Part shown: positions 18,958-29,929 of the stretch, in pieces
Layout of the letters: every line of letters starts with the position of its first letter
How positions within the stretch are numbered: position 1 is the first letter of the stretch
Source of the DNA: an uncultured delta proteobacterium
Lineage (GTDB): Bacteria > Desulfobacterota > Binatia > UBA9968
Reading direction: 5' to 3'
NCBI GenBank assembly: GCA_963745035.1
Contig: CAVUVW010000019.1
Coordinates: 1-64,000 of the forward strand
Length of the DNA: 64,000 nt
The notes under the pieces: model-generated
The model's database searches: none
The model's input: the letters and a program-made list of their open reading frames with translations, nothing else
What the model was told of the DNA's origin: nothing
Made by a program: the position numbers and the translations under genes

Positions 18958-19004
18958 TTGACGTAAGATACAGCTGTTATATTAATGAATCAATTGTACT
19001 TTAC
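18958..19004. promoter_or_regulatory. chrB/chrA divergent promoter with imperfect inverted repeat (candidate ChrB operator)
   Basis: TTGACG plus AT-rich -10 region; GTAAGATACAGCTG ... CAATTGTACTTTAC. Confidence 0.45.
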
Positions 19005-19052
19005 CGCCGACCCAACCAGCGAGCTCTCGAGTTTCCGAAGAAGGAGTCAACC

Positions 19053-20279
19053 ATGTCGATCGATGCGAGCACAAGCCAAGGTCCCCGCGAGCAATCCAGG
19101 GAAGTCGTCAGTGGGCTATGGCCGCTCACATGGTACTTTCTAAAGCTCGGCACCATCGGTTTCGGCGGACCGGTTGCGCTGGTCGGCTTCATGCACCGGG
19201 ACCTCGTCGAGCGCCGCCGTTGGCTGTCCGAGGACACTTACAAACTATCGCTCGCGCTGGCTCAAATTATGCCGGGACCGCTGGCGGCGCAAACGGCAAT
19301 TGCCATCGGCTATTTTGAAGGAGGTGTTCTCGGCGCAACCCTCGTCGGTCTCGCTTTCATCATCCCATCTTTCCTGATGGTCGTGGCGATTTCGCTCGCC
19401 TACGTCGCCTATGGTGGGCTTTGGTGGATGCAGGCGCTCTTTTATGCGATCGGCGCTACAGTGATCGCCATCATCGCCATTGCGGCCTACAAGCTCGCGC
19501 GCAGCACCAACAAGCGCGATCCATTACTCTGGGGAATCTTCATCGCGCTCACGGGTGTGACCGTCTGGGCGCAGGCGGAGCTTGCGGAGTTCTTTATCCT
19601 TGCCGGCCTGGTGGTTTTGCTCGCGCGGGCTTGGCCGGGCTGGAAGCTCGGGACGGTGATGATAGGCGCAGCGCTGATCTTGGGAGCGGCCATTTGGCTT
19701 TTCGAAGCTTGGGTCCGGCAATCTGGAACCGCGGCGGATAGCCAAGACATACTCACCCAGATCCTGATATTTTTCACGAAGGCCGGCGCTTTTGTGTTCG
19801 GCAGCGGCTTGGCAATCATTCCGTTTCTGCAACAGGGCGTGGTGCAGCAGTTCGGCTGGCTCAACGAGCACCAGTTTCTCGACGCCGTCGCCGTCGCCAT
19901 GATCACTCCCGGTCCGGTGGTCATTACCGTGGCGTTCATCGGGTTTCTCGTCGCCGGCCTGGCGGGCGCGATCATGGCTTCGATCGGTATTTTCCTGCCC
20001 GTCTACTTTTTTACCATCGTTCCGGCGCCGTGGTTCAAACGTCATCGAGACAATCCGCAGCTCAAGGCCTTCGTGGACGGCGCCACGGCGGCGGCGACCG
20101 GCGCGATCACGGGTGCAGTCATTGTTCTCGCAATGCGCGCAATAACCGATTGGACAACGGCGATCATTGCGCTGGTTAGTTTCGCCGTTCTTTGGCGCTA
20201 CAAAATTTCGGAGCCGATTATCGTAACCATCTCCGGCGTGATCGGATTGATTCTTTGGCCACTGGTGCGCGGCGGGTGA
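19053..20279 (+). CDS. chrA: Chromate efflux transporter ChrA (long-chain)
   Basis: GTIGFGGP, MPGP, GAFVFGSG, AMITPGP. Confidence 0.93.
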   Translation: MSIDASTSQGPREQSREVVSGLWPLTWYFLKLGTIGFGGPVALVGFMHRDLVERRRWLSEDTYKLSLALAQIMPGPLAAQTAIAIGYFEGGVLGATLVGLAFIIPSFLMVVAISLAYVAYGGLWWMQALFYAIGATVIAIIAIAAYKLARSTNKRDPLLWGIFIALTGVTVWAQAELAEFFILAGLVVLLARAWPGWKLGTVMIGAALILGAAIWLFEAWVRQSGTAADSQDILTQILIFFTKAGAFVFGSGLAIIPFLQQGVVQQFGWLNEHQFLDAVAVAMITPGPVVITVAFIGFLVAGLAGAIMASIGIFLPVYFFTIVPAPWFKRHRDNPQLKAFVDGATAAATGAITGAVIVLAMRAITDWTTAIIALVSFAVLWRYKISEPIIVTISGVIGLILWPLVRGG

Positions 20280-20357
20280 TTCGCGCTCGAACGGGAGCTA
20301 TCGATTACGCCGGTCTACGCTCTTGCCGAGAGGTTATCTGGATCGAGGTACGAAACA

Positions 20358-21029
20358 GTGCAATTCCTTCGGCCGATCTTACTCTTTACCGCCGGGATTT
20401 TGGCCCTCATGGTAATGCACTCCCCACCGAGCGATGCCGCAAGTTGGAAGTGGGACTTCGAAAGCGATCCGGCCGGTAAACCGCCGTCAGGTTTTAGCTT
20501 TGCGAGAACCGGCAGCGGTCGCGTGGGTCGCTGGCTGGTGCAGGCTGAAAAGGACACCCCGAGTGGGACGAAGATTCTGGCGCAGTTAGACACGGATGCC
20601 ACGAGCTACCGTTTTCCCGTGGCTGTCGCGGATTCCGTTTCGCTTTCAAATCTTCGTTTGTCCGTACGCTGTAAAGCCGTTTCCGGAAAAGTGGATCAGG
20701 CATGTGGGCTCGTTTTCCGATACCGCGATGAGAATAACTATTACGTGGTACGGGCCAACGCTTTGGAAAACAATGTCCGTCTTTACTATGTCAAAGACGG
20801 CAAGCGCCAGCAGTTCGGCGGCTGGGATGGACCAGTGGTCGCAGGTTCCTGGCATACGCTTGCCGTCGAAGTGCGAGATGATCGCTTTCAAATTTATTGG
20901 AATAACAAAATGGTTATCGAAGCTCGTGACCGAACATTTGCTGAAAGCGGAAGGGTGGGGCTTTGGACGAAGGCGGATTCAGTCACCTACTTTGATGATC
21001 TTAGAGTTGAATCTCTTGATCCCAAGTAA
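20358..21029 (+). CDS. Secreted beta-jelly-roll protein (DUF1080/LamG-like)
   Basis: Signal peptide; GKVDQACGLVFRYRD..NYYVVRANALENN, GRVGLWTKADS..FDD. Confidence 0.7.
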   Translation: MQFLRPILLFTAGILALMVMHSPPSDAASWKWDFESDPAGKPPSGFSFARTGSGRVGRWLVQAEKDTPSGTKILAQLDTDATSYRFPVAVADSVSLSNLRLSVRCKAVSGKVDQACGLVFRYRDENNYYVVRANALENNVRLYYVKDGKRQQFGGWDGPVVAGSWHTLAVEVRDDRFQIYWNNKMVIEARDRTFAESGRVGLWTKADSVTYFDDLRVESLDPK

Positions 21030-21046
21030 TCGCTGGAGGAATCGTT

Positions 21047-21640
21047 ATGCCGTATGAAATGAAACCACTCTCCTGTATTCCCGCCAAGCTCAAAGGACTT
21101 TCGGAACAACTCATCGTCAGTCATTACGAGAACAATTATGGTGGCGCGGTGAAGCGGCTGAACGCGATCACCGCGCAGTTGGAATCGCTGGATTTCGGCG
21201 CCGCGCCGGTATTTGTAATCAACGGATTGAAGCGCGAGGAGCTGATCGCGAGCAACTCGATGATTTTGCACGAACTCTATTTCGACGGCCTTGGCAGCAG
21301 AGGCGAACCGGACAAAAATCTGCAAGGAGCATTGGTCAGAGACTTTAGTAGCCTGGAAAGATGGCACGCCCAGTTTGCCGCCATGGGCAAAGCGCTTGGG
21401 GGCGGATCGGGGTGGGTTTTGTTGACCTATTCGCGCCGCGACAAAAAGCTCGTCAATCAGTGGGCCGCCGACCATACCTGCTCTCTAGCAGGAGGCGGTC
21501 CAATTCTCGCGCTCGATATGTACGAGCATTCGTATCACATGGACTACGGCGCCAAAGCGGCCGCATATGTCGATGCGTTCATGCAAAATATCAACTGGGA
21601 AAACGCCTCTGCGCTTTACAGCCAGAATTCGCATTCATAA
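21047..21640 (+). CDS. Fe/Mn superoxide dismutase, ChrC-like
   Basis: HYENNY, LHELYF, GGSGW, LDMYEHSY. Confidence 0.88.
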   Translation: MPYEMKPLSCIPAKLKGLSEQLIVSHYENNYGGAVKRLNAITAQLESLDFGAAPVFVINGLKREELIASNSMILHELYFDGLGSRGEPDKNLQGALVRDFSSLERWHAQFAAMGKALGGGSGWVLLTYSRRDKKLVNQWAADHTCSLAGGGPILALDMYEHSYHMDYGAKAAAYVDAFMQNINWENASALYSQNSHS

Positions 21641-21764
21641 AAGACCAGTGTGCGAGCTTACGTCGTTCACTCCAGCTGACTGAAATCTCTTTAGTACTGG
21701 CAGCGTGGCAGCGTACTCGCCAAAGACGCAGACAGGAAATCGACTTCACGGAAAGAGAAATTCT

Positions 21765-22859
21765 ATGGCGCACGATGCCCGCGGACGCATCGCAATTGTC
21801 TACCCCGGTGATTACGCAGATAGGACGAAAGCAACAGCCGAAAATAACCGGTTCGCAGACTTGTTCGGAGCCTTTGCCGCCCAAGGGATACACGCGGAAC
21901 CGGCGGTTTACCGCGATGATTTTAGCGCGGAAGTTCACGATCAACTGATGCAAGTTGACGCTGTCCTGGTATGGGTCAATCCCATTCAAGACGGGCGTAA
22001 CAGGTCTGTTCTCGATGCCATGCTTCGCGAGGTGGCCGCCGCCGGAATTTTTGTCAGCGCACATCCCGACGTCATCCTGAAATTGGGAACCAAGGAAGTG
22101 CTATACCGAACGCGTGATATCGGTTGGGGGTGCGACACGCATCTCTACAGCAGCATGGAACAGATGCGTCGGGAACTGCCGGCGCGCTTGGCAAACGGGA
22201 AAGCCCGCGTACTCAAGCAATACCGTGGTAACGGCGGAATCGGCGTATGGAAAGTTCAATTCAGTGCCGAAGGCGGTAACGGCGCGCCTCCGCAGCCCGA
22301 AAGCATTGTTCGAGTTCGCCATGCAAAACGCGGCTGCACCGAAGAGGAGATTACGCTAAATGAATTTTTTGCGCATTGCGAAGAATACTTTCTCGCCGAT
22401 GGGCGGATGATTGACCAGGAGTATCAAGAGCGGCTCACCGAAGGCATGGTTCGCTGTTATCTTGTACATGAGAAGGTCGCCGGATTTGGCCATCAGGCTA
22501 TTAATGCATTGTTTCCCGCGCCTTCCGGCGCACCGCCGACGGACGCTCCCCAACCTGGACCCCGCTTATACCATCCGTCCACCAAGCCGGAATTCCAGGC
22601 TCTGAAAAACAAGTTGGAGCTTGAGTGGGTACCAGCACTCCAGCAACTACTTGAAATCGAAACCGAGAGTCTTCCCATTCTTTGGGATTGCGATTTTCTA
22701 CTCGGGCCGAAGGACGAAACCGGCGAAGACACGTATGTGCTTTGCGAAATCAACGTCAGCAGTGTTGCGCCGTATCCTGAATCCGCGGTGCGTTACATCG
22801 TTGATGCGACGGCAGCGAGGGTACAAGCGGCAAGACAGGGACGCGAATTGAATCCTTAA
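21765..22859 (+). CDS. Cj0069-like ATP-grasp protein
   Basis: VLVWVNP, HPDVILKLGTKEVL, RVLKQYRGNGGIGVWKV, LWDCDF, LCEINVS. Confidence 0.8.
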   Translation: MAHDARGRIAIVYPGDYADRTKATAENNRFADLFGAFAAQGIHAEPAVYRDDFSAEVHDQLMQVDAVLVWVNPIQDGRNRSVLDAMLREVAAAGIFVSAHPDVILKLGTKEVLYRTRDIGWGCDTHLYSSMEQMRRELPARLANGKARVLKQYRGNGGIGVWKVQFSAEGGNGAPPQPESIVRVRHAKRGCTEEEITLNEFFAHCEEYFLADGRMIDQEYQERLTEGMVRCYLVHEKVAGFGHQAINALFPAPSGAPPTDAPQPGPRLYHPSTKPEFQALKNKLELEWVPALQQLLEIETESLPILWDCDFLLGPKDETGEDTYVLCEINVSSVAPYPESAVRYIVDATAARVQAARQGRELNP

Positions 22860-22927
22860 CCCGGGGCGGGCGACGTCTCTATGCGGTGGAAGAAACTCGT
22901 TAACTGCGCTATAAGTACCCTCGTATC

Positions 22928-23365
22928 ATGCTCAAGCTGAAAGCATTTTTCCGACTGTTCATCGTCGCCCATCTGCTTGTCGCAAGTCTGATATTCCCAA
23001 CGCTTCATTTCCATTTCGTCGGTGATCATGATCATGAGTCGGACGAAATTCATCGGCATGGGATGGTCCACGCTCATTTCTTGGCGTCGCTGACTAGCGG
23101 TGAGAGCCGCACCTCAGGTATCCATCACGAGGATGGTGAATCTTCTGAACACGGCGGTGAGATCGGACTGGTTACGCTAACTTCTCACAAGCTCAAGGAT
23201 TCGGATCAGCCGTTTCACAAACAGCTCTACTTTTTAGATAATCACCAACGGCAGTTCACCGTCGCGACACTTTTCCGTGCCGTAGTCGGCAAGCCCGACT
23301 CTCCGCCTCGTCACCCAGAGTTTCAATTTCTCGGTTCTCCCCGTTCTCCGCCTAGGTTCGTCTAG
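22928..23365 (+). CDS. Putative His-rich regulatory leader protein (ends RSPP-RFV*)
   Basis: Hydrophobic N-term, LHFH..DHDHE..IHRHGMVHAH..HH, C-terminal GSPRSPPRFV-TAG; 90 nt before the RND operon. Confidence 0.72.
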   Translation: MLKLKAFFRLFIVAHLLVASLIFPTLHFHFVGDHDHESDEIHRHGMVHAHFLASLTSGESRTSGIHHEDGESSEHGGEIGLVTLTSHKLKDSDQPFHKQLYFLDNHQRQFTVATLFRAVVGKPDSPPRHPEFQFLGSPRSPPRFV

Positions 23366-23455
23366 TTCCCCGTTTTCCAGCACGTTGCGTTAGGAATTGT
23401 TATTCGAGCCCGATGCCGCGGCTGCGGCGTTGATGCTCGCCAGCGGAGGAACCCT

Positions 23456-25005
23456 ATGAAGGGTCTACTATCTGTTTCAGGTTTATTGCTCCTGATGTTT
23501 GCGTCAGCGTGCAATCATCATCACGAAGAGAAAAAGGAACCGGAGGCGATCAGCGTCACCAAGTGGACCGACAAGACCGAGTTGTTTGTCGAGTTCGCGC
23601 CGCTGCTGGTGGGGAAAGAAACTTCCTTCGCGGCTCATCTAACCGATCTCGAGACCTTCAAACCGGTTTCCGAAGGTACGCTGAGAGTCTCGTTTACTCC
23701 GCCCCAAGGAAAGGCAATCGTGGCGGAGGCCAAGAGCCCGACCGTGCCGGGAATCTATCGACCGACCGCGAAGATCGATCAGCCCGGCACCTACCGTATG
23801 GCGTTTCATCGTTATCGCCCCGGCTCGGCGGAGATCTACGACACCATCGATGCGGGCGAGGTCAAGGTTCTCGAGAAACCGGAGCCGCCAGCAAAAGCGG
23901 AAACGGCGCAAAGCGCGGGCATCACTTTCCTCAAGGAGCAGCAGTGGCGCATGGATTTCGCGACCGTTCCGGTGGGCGAGCGGGAACTGTCGGCGCTGCT
24001 GAAGATGAGCGCCGAGGTGAAGCCCGCCGCCGCCGGCCAGGTTCAGATCGTTGCGCCCGATTCCCGGGCAGAATCGTGACGTCGCCGCGCGGCGCTCCCA
24101 CTCCCGGACAGAAGGTGAAGCAAGGAGAGGAGCTGGCCGTGATTCTACCGACGCCCAGCAAAAATCGCGTGGAACTCGACGCCGAGCTGCGCAGCGCAAA
24201 ATCAGAACTGGAGGCGGCCGAGAAAGAACTGGAGCGGGTCCAGGAACTTTATAAAGACAAGATCGTCGCGCGCCGCAGGCTGGAGCAGTCCGAGCGCGAC
24301 GTGGCCGTGCAGCGCGCTCGTCTGGACGCCGCGCGCGCACAATTGGGCTTGCTCGATCCGAGCCAGGCTCCGGGCAAAGCGGAGCGTCCCAGGCCACGAG
24401 ATTTTCTCTACGCGCGCCCATCTCCGGAACAGTCGTGGCGGCGAACGCTGACTCCCGGCGCGCTGGTTGAAGCGGGCCAGAATCTGCTCTCGATCGTCGA
24501 TCTCGAGCGCGTCTGGATCGAGGGGCGGCTTTACGAGATCGACATTCCCAAGGTGCGCCAATTCGAGAAGAGCATGGTTTGCTGCCCCGGCGCTGCCCGA
24601 GCCATTCGCGCTGATTCGACCCAAAGCGCGCTTGCTGAATATCGGCAGCGTCATCGATCCGGCCACTCGCTCGGTGCCGCTTAATCCTGGAAGTTCAGAA
24701 CGATCAGTCGCAACTGCGCATCGGCCTGCACGGAAATCTTTCCATGCCCACTGGCGAAAAGTCCCGCGGTCTCGCGATTCCGGAAAGCGCCATCGTCGAC
24801 GACAAAGGAGTTCGCGGTCGCTTTCGTCCAGAAAGAAGGGGAGACGTTCGAACGCCGCGAGTTGGAGCTGGGCATCAAAAGCGAGGGCTACGCCGAGGTG
24901 AAGTCGGGATTGAAGGCTGGCGAGCGGATCGTGAGCAAAGGAGCCTACCGGGTACACCTGGGTTCATTGTCCACATCCCTGCCCGCTCACGGCCACGCTC
25001 ATTGA
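23456..25005 (+). CDS. RND periplasmic adaptor lipoprotein (CzcB-like), several frameshifts
   Basis: ASAC lipobox, TELFVEF, PGIY, FLKEQQW; later segments in other frames (PGRI, VEAGQ, VIDPATR, AIPESAIVDD); ends HGHAH-TGA. Confidence 0.82.
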
Positions 25006-25034
25006 CCGCAGATCGATCGCCTGAGGATTAACTC

Positions 25035-28000
25035 ATGATTACCAAACTTATCGGTTGGTCGCTTGAGAACCGCTTGATTGTCGTGGTGCTCGCGGCGGCG
25101 GTTCTCATCGGCGGTTTTTTTGTCGCGGTCAAGATGCCGGTGGACGTTTTTCCCGATCTGACGGCGCCTTCCGTTACGATAATCACCGAAGCTCACGGCA
25201 TGGCGCCTGAAGAAGTCGAGACCCTGGTCACGTTTCCCATCGAGACGGCGGTCAACGGCGCCTCCGGCGTGCGCCGCGTGCGCTCGTCGACGGCGACCGG
25301 CATCTCGGTGGTCTGGGTGGAATTTGAATGGGGCACGGACATCTACCAGGCCCGTCAAATCGTCAACGAGAAACTGCAGCTCGCCGCAGGGAGTCTGCCT
25401 CCCGAGACCGAGCGTCCGGTATTGGCGCCGATCTCATCGATCATGGGTGAGATCATGTTCATCAGCCTGACCAGCGACAAGCATACGCCGATGGATCTGC
25501 GCTCCGCTGCCGACTGGACGATTCGCCCGCGGCTCCTTTCCGTTCCCGGAGTATCTCAGGTCACGCCGATCGGCGGAGATGTCAAGGAGTACCAGGTGCG
25601 CGTCTCACCGGAACGGCTGGCAGCGGCGGGCGTCAGCTTGAGCCAATTGATCGCCGCCGTTAAGGGCGCCAACCAAAACACTTCCGCCGGCTTTTACGTC
25701 GAAGGCGGTCAGGAATATTTGATCCACGGCGCCGGCCGGGTGACGCGATTGGAAGACATCGCCAACACCGTGGTCGCCCTCAACAACGGCCGGCCGGTTT
25801 TAGTGGGCCATTTGGCCGATGTGCGTATTGGCCCCGCGATCAAGCGCGGCGAAGGCTCGGCGAAGGGCAAGCCCGCCGTGATCATCGCGCTGCAGAAACA
25901 ACCGGGAGCCAATACGTTGACGTTAACGGCGGAATTGGACCGAACTCTGGAAAACATTCAGAAGACGCTGCCGGCGGGCATGACGATCGACCGGCAAATC
26001 TTTCGCCAGGCGGATTTCATCCAGGTCTCCATCGATAACGTCATCGACGCGCTGCGCGACGGCGCCATCGTGGTGGTTGTCATCCTGCTTCTGTTTCTCA
26101 TGAATCTGCGCGCCACCTTCATCGCGCTGCTGGCGATCCCGCTCTCGCTGCTCGCCGCGGTGCTGACGCTCAAATTTTTCGGCGCGACGATCAACACCAT
26201 GACTCTTGGCGGCATGGCCATCGCGATCGGCGCGCTGGTCGACGACGCCATCATCGACGTCGAAAATGTTTTCCGGCGTTTGCGCGAGAACGCCAAGATC
26301 GAGCCGGCCCTGCGCGAGAACGCGCTGGCGGTAACGCTGCGCGCCTCTCTCGAGATTCGCAGCTCGATCACCTTTGCCACCTTCATCATTATGCTGGTGT
26401 TCGTGCCGCTGTTTTTCCTGAGCGGCGTCGAGGGCCGTCTACTCGCGCCGCTCGGCGTAGCCTATGTGGTTGCGCTCTTCGCTTCGCTGGTTGTCGCGGC
26501 CTCGGTAACGCCCGTGCTGTGCTCGTTCCTACTGCCGAATACGAAGGGAGTCACCGAGGGTGAAGACAGTCCGGTGGTGCGCTACCTGAAGAGCGCCTAC
26601 CTGAGAATCCTTACGGTAGTCCTGCAACGTACCAAGCTGATTATCGGGGTTGCGCTCGCGCTTTTCCTGGTGACGCTGGCAACGCTGCCGTTTATGGGCC
26701 GGGCCTTTCTCCCCGAGTTCAACGAAGGCACGTTGACGATCAATGCTGTGACCTTGCCGGGAACTTCGCTGGAGGAATCCAACCGGCTGGGTCAGTTGGT
26801 GGAGTCGGTGCTGCTCTCCTTCCCTGAAGTGAAGTCCACGGCGCGCCGGACCGGGCGCGCGGAGCTGGACGAACATGCCCAGGGCGTCGAGGCGGCGGAA
26901 ATCGATGTCGGCTTGAAAATGCAGAAACGCTCGAAGGAGGAGTTTCTCACGGAACTGCGCCGCGCTCTGACCACCGTGCCCGGGATGAACATCACCATCG
27001 GCCAGCCGATCTCCCACCGGATCGATCATATGCTGTCCGGCACGCGGGCCAATATCGCCGTCAAAATTTTCGGCGACGACCTGCGCCGGCTTCGGACCAT
27101 AGCGCAGCAAACACGCGACATCATGGCGAAGGTCCCTGGAGTCGTCGATCTCTCCATCGAGCAGCAGACCGACATTCCGGTCCTGGGCTTGCGATTCGAT
27201 CGTGAGCGCATCGCCCGGGTCGGACTCAAAGTGGAGGAGGTTGCCGAAGCCGTGGAGACAGCCTTTCTCGGCAAGGCGGTTTCGCGCGTGCTCGAAGGGC
27301 AAAGAAGCTTCGATCTCGTGGTGCGCGCCGAGGATGCCAACCGGCAGAGTCCCGAGGCCATCGGCGCCACGCTGATCGATACGCCGCTCGGCGGGAAGGT
27401 GCCCTTGGCCATGCTCGCCGAAGTCAAGAAAGTTCTGGGACCTAATACGATCAGCCGCGAAAACGTGCAGCGGAAGATCGTGGTCAGCGCCAACGTCGCC
27501 GGGCGGGATTTGCAAGGAGTCGTGCGCGAGATCCAGGACAACGTGGCCAAAGACGGTCTCGCTGCCGAGCGGTTATTACGTGAACTACGGCGGGCAATTC
27601 GAAAGCGCCGAAGAAGCGTCGCAGACGATCGCCTTTTTGAGCGTGCTGGTGATCGCAGGCATCGTCCTTTTGCTGTCGGCGGCGCTACGGTCGCTGCGCG
27701 ACGCGCTGATCATCCTGGTAAATCTGCCGCTGGCGCTGATCGGCGGCATATTCGGCATTTTCTTATCGGGCGGAGTTCTGAGCGTGGCCTCGATGATCGG
27801 CCTGATTACGCTCCTCGGCATCGCCGCGAGAAACGGCATCATGATGGTTTCGCACATCCGCCATCTGATGCAGGAGGAAGGCGAGAGTTTCGCACGCGCC
27901 GTGGAGCGCGGCGCGCTGGAGCGGCTTTCACCGATCCTGATGACGGCGCTGTGCGCGGGGTTCGCGCTGCTGCCGTTGGTGCTGCGCGCCGGCGAGCCGG

Positions 28001-28137
28001 GAAGCGAGATCCTCACGCCGATGGCGATCGTCATTCTGGCCGGGTTGTTGTCGTCCACCGCGCTCAACATGATCGTGGTGCCTGCGTTGTATTTGCGGTT
28101 CGGCCGTCCTGTGCCGGGAAAGGAAGTGACCGTATGA
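25035..28137 (+). CDS. CzcA/CusA-family heavy-metal RND permease, one frameshift near 27555
   Basis: VDVFPDL, LVDDAIIDVEN, FLPEFNEG, SHRIDHMLSG; continues in ORF 27580-28137 (YGGQFE, RNGIMM, PILMTA). Confidence 0.9.
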
Positions 28138-29378
28138 ATCCGCTTTTCTTGAGCATGGTCCTGGCGATTGTTTTCTTGACGGCGAGTATCGTGGGCGCGG
28201 CGGAGGTTTCTCTGGACCTTCCGGCCGCGCTCCAGCAGGCGCTGCGGGACAATCCCGAAATTAAAGCCAAGCGCCATTCGCTGGGGATCGCCCAAGGACG
28301 AGCCGAGCAGGCGGGATTGTTGTTTCAGAACAACCCGCGCTTCAGTGTCGAAACGGAATCGCAAACTTCCGGCAGATCCAGCACGAGCGTCGAGCTGAAT
28401 CTTCTCCAGGAACTGGAAATCGGCGGGCAGCGCGGCTATCGCTCGGCAGCCGCGCAAAAGAATCTGGTGCAGACGCGCTTGTCGATCGAGGATGCGGAAC
28501 GGTTGCTGCGTTTGGAAGTGACGCGGACCTTTTACAATCTCATGGCGCTGCAACAGAGCATCGCCGACTTGAAGGAGGTTCTCGCCGCCCAGCAAAACCT
28601 TCTGCAAGCAGGCGAGAAACGCTTCGCGCGCGAGGATATAACGATTCTGGAGCTGAACACGCTTCGGCTCGACCAAGAACAGGTCCGCAACGAGCTGGCA
28701 AGCAAGTTGCGCGAGCGCGTAGCGGTGGAAAACGAGCTGCGCCGGTTGCTCGGCTTGCAAGAGGGTGGAACATTGATTGTGAGCGGAAATCTCCAAGAGA
28801 CGTCGGCGAAGAGACCGGGCGCTTTTCCCGATCGCCAAAATCTGCAAGCTTGTGCGCTCGCGGGCCGCGCCGACCTGCAGGCCGCGCAGCTGGCGGTGGA
28901 AGTTCGTGAAGCGGAGCTCAGGCTGGCCCAGGCGCGCAGGATTCCCAACATTTCTCTCGGACCGCGCTACAAAAGGGACAACAATCAAGACGTTGTCGGC
29001 GGCGAGATTGCCATCCCGCTGCCATTTTTTAACCGAAACCAGGAGGAGATAACGACGGCGCTGGCGAATCAGAACATCAGCAAGACCGAATTGGAAGGCC
29101 GCACGCTTGCCGTGAAACAGCAGATAGATTCGACGTACGCCAGACTTCTGCTCGCAAATGAAACGCTGGGAGCGTACGGCAACGAGTATCTTGGCGATCT
29201 CGAAAAAATGCTGGGTCTCACGCGCAAGGCCTACGAAAGTGGCGAGATCACGATTTTTGAATTCAGCGTCACCCGCGATCGCTTCACCCAGGCGCGTGCT
29301 CGCTCCTTGGACGCGGCCCTGGCTTACGTTCAGACCATTGCCGACTTGGAGGCGCAGGCGCCGGGATGTTTGCAGTGA
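28134..29378 (+). CDS. TolC-family outer membrane factor (CzcC-like)
   Basis: MNPLFLSMVL signal peptide, ATGA overlap with the permease stop, NP, ELEIGGQR, IPLPFFNRNQ, AYESGE. Confidence 0.88.
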   Translation: MNPLFLSMVLAIVFLTASIVGAAEVSLDLPAALQQALRDNPEIKAKRHSLGIAQGRAEQAGLLFQNNPRFSVETESQTSGRSSTSVELNLLQELEIGGQRGYRSAAAQKNLVQTRLSIEDAERLLRLEVTRTFYNLMALQQSIADLKEVLAAQQNLLQAGEKRFAREDITILELNTLRLDQEQVRNELASKLRERVAVENELRRLLGLQEGGTLIVSGNLQETSAKRPGAFPDRQNLQACALAGRADLQAAQLAVEVREAELRLAQARRIPNISLGPRYKRDNNQDVVGGEIAIPLPFFNRNQEEITTALANQNISKTELEGRTLAVKQQIDSTYARLLLANETLGAYGNEYLGDLEKMLGLTRKAYESGEITIFEFSVTRDRFTQARARSLDAALAYVQTIADLEAQAPGCLQ

Positions 29379-29400
29379 CGGCGCATTCTTTGGCTTGTAG

Positions 29401-29484
29401 CGCTTCAAGGTTTCCGAGCCGGTGCTGGTGACGATCTCAGGATTGGTGGGCTTGATCCTTTGGCCGCTGCTGCGGTCCATGTGA
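29401..29484 (+). pseudogene. 3' remnant of a second chrA
   Basis: Translates RFKVSEPVLVTISGLVGLILWPLLRSM*, versus intact ChrA end RYKISEPIIVTISGVIGLILWPLVRGG*. Confidence 0.82.
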
Positions 29485-29528
29485 TTCGGACAAGTTCAGT
29501 AGCGGCTTTCAGCGCCAGTTTCCGGTTG

Positions 29529-29681
29529 TCACTTCCAACCTTCTTCCGAACGGTCGTCATCTTCATCATCGTCGCCGTCATCCCGCTCGTTTAGGACCGC
29601 ATAGGCGAAAATCACGATGATAAAGATCACGGCCACGATGATGAATACCGAACCGTATAGGAGCCATGTCAACATCGACAT
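29529..29681 (-). CDS. 50-aa single-pass membrane protein with acidic tail
   Basis: SD GGAGG; MSMLTWLLYGSVFIIVAVIFIIVIFAYAVLNERDDGDDDEDDDRSEEGWK (below the ORF-track cutoff). Confidence 0.65.
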   Translation of the reverse strand: MSMLTWLLYGSVFIIVAVIFIIVIFAYAVLNERDDGDDDEDDDRSEEGWK

Positions 29682-29703
29682 AGAGCCTCCGGTGAGCGGG
29701 TCT

Positions 29704-29808
29704 TTACCCCATGAATCCTGTATAAAGCGCGGCGCCCAACGCGTAGGTCAGCGTTCCGCCGACAGCCAGCCAAATCAAACCTTTCAGCCAGAGAGGGAAA
29801 TCTTCCAT
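29704..29808 (-). CDS. 34-aa membrane peptide
   Basis: SD GGAG; MEDFPLWLKGLIWLAVGGTLTYALGAALYTGFMG. Confidence 0.55.
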   Translation of the reverse strand: MEDFPLWLKGLIWLAVGGTLTYALGAALYTGFMG

Positions 29809-29929
29809 GAATCGGCTCCATTTCCGATGCTACGTGGCATGAAATGTCTGCCACGGTAGAGATAAGGCGCGCGAGCAAGTAGATGGTTCGCGCAGTTGGA
29901 AAAAGAACTGTGGAAAAGAGCCCTGGAGG

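Noticed and set aside
25035-29378. 1447-aa apparent RND permease-TolC fusion
   Set aside because: A frameshift near 27555 puts the read-through in the TolC frame. The true permease end is in ORF 27580-28137, and TolC has its own ATG and signal peptide at 28134.
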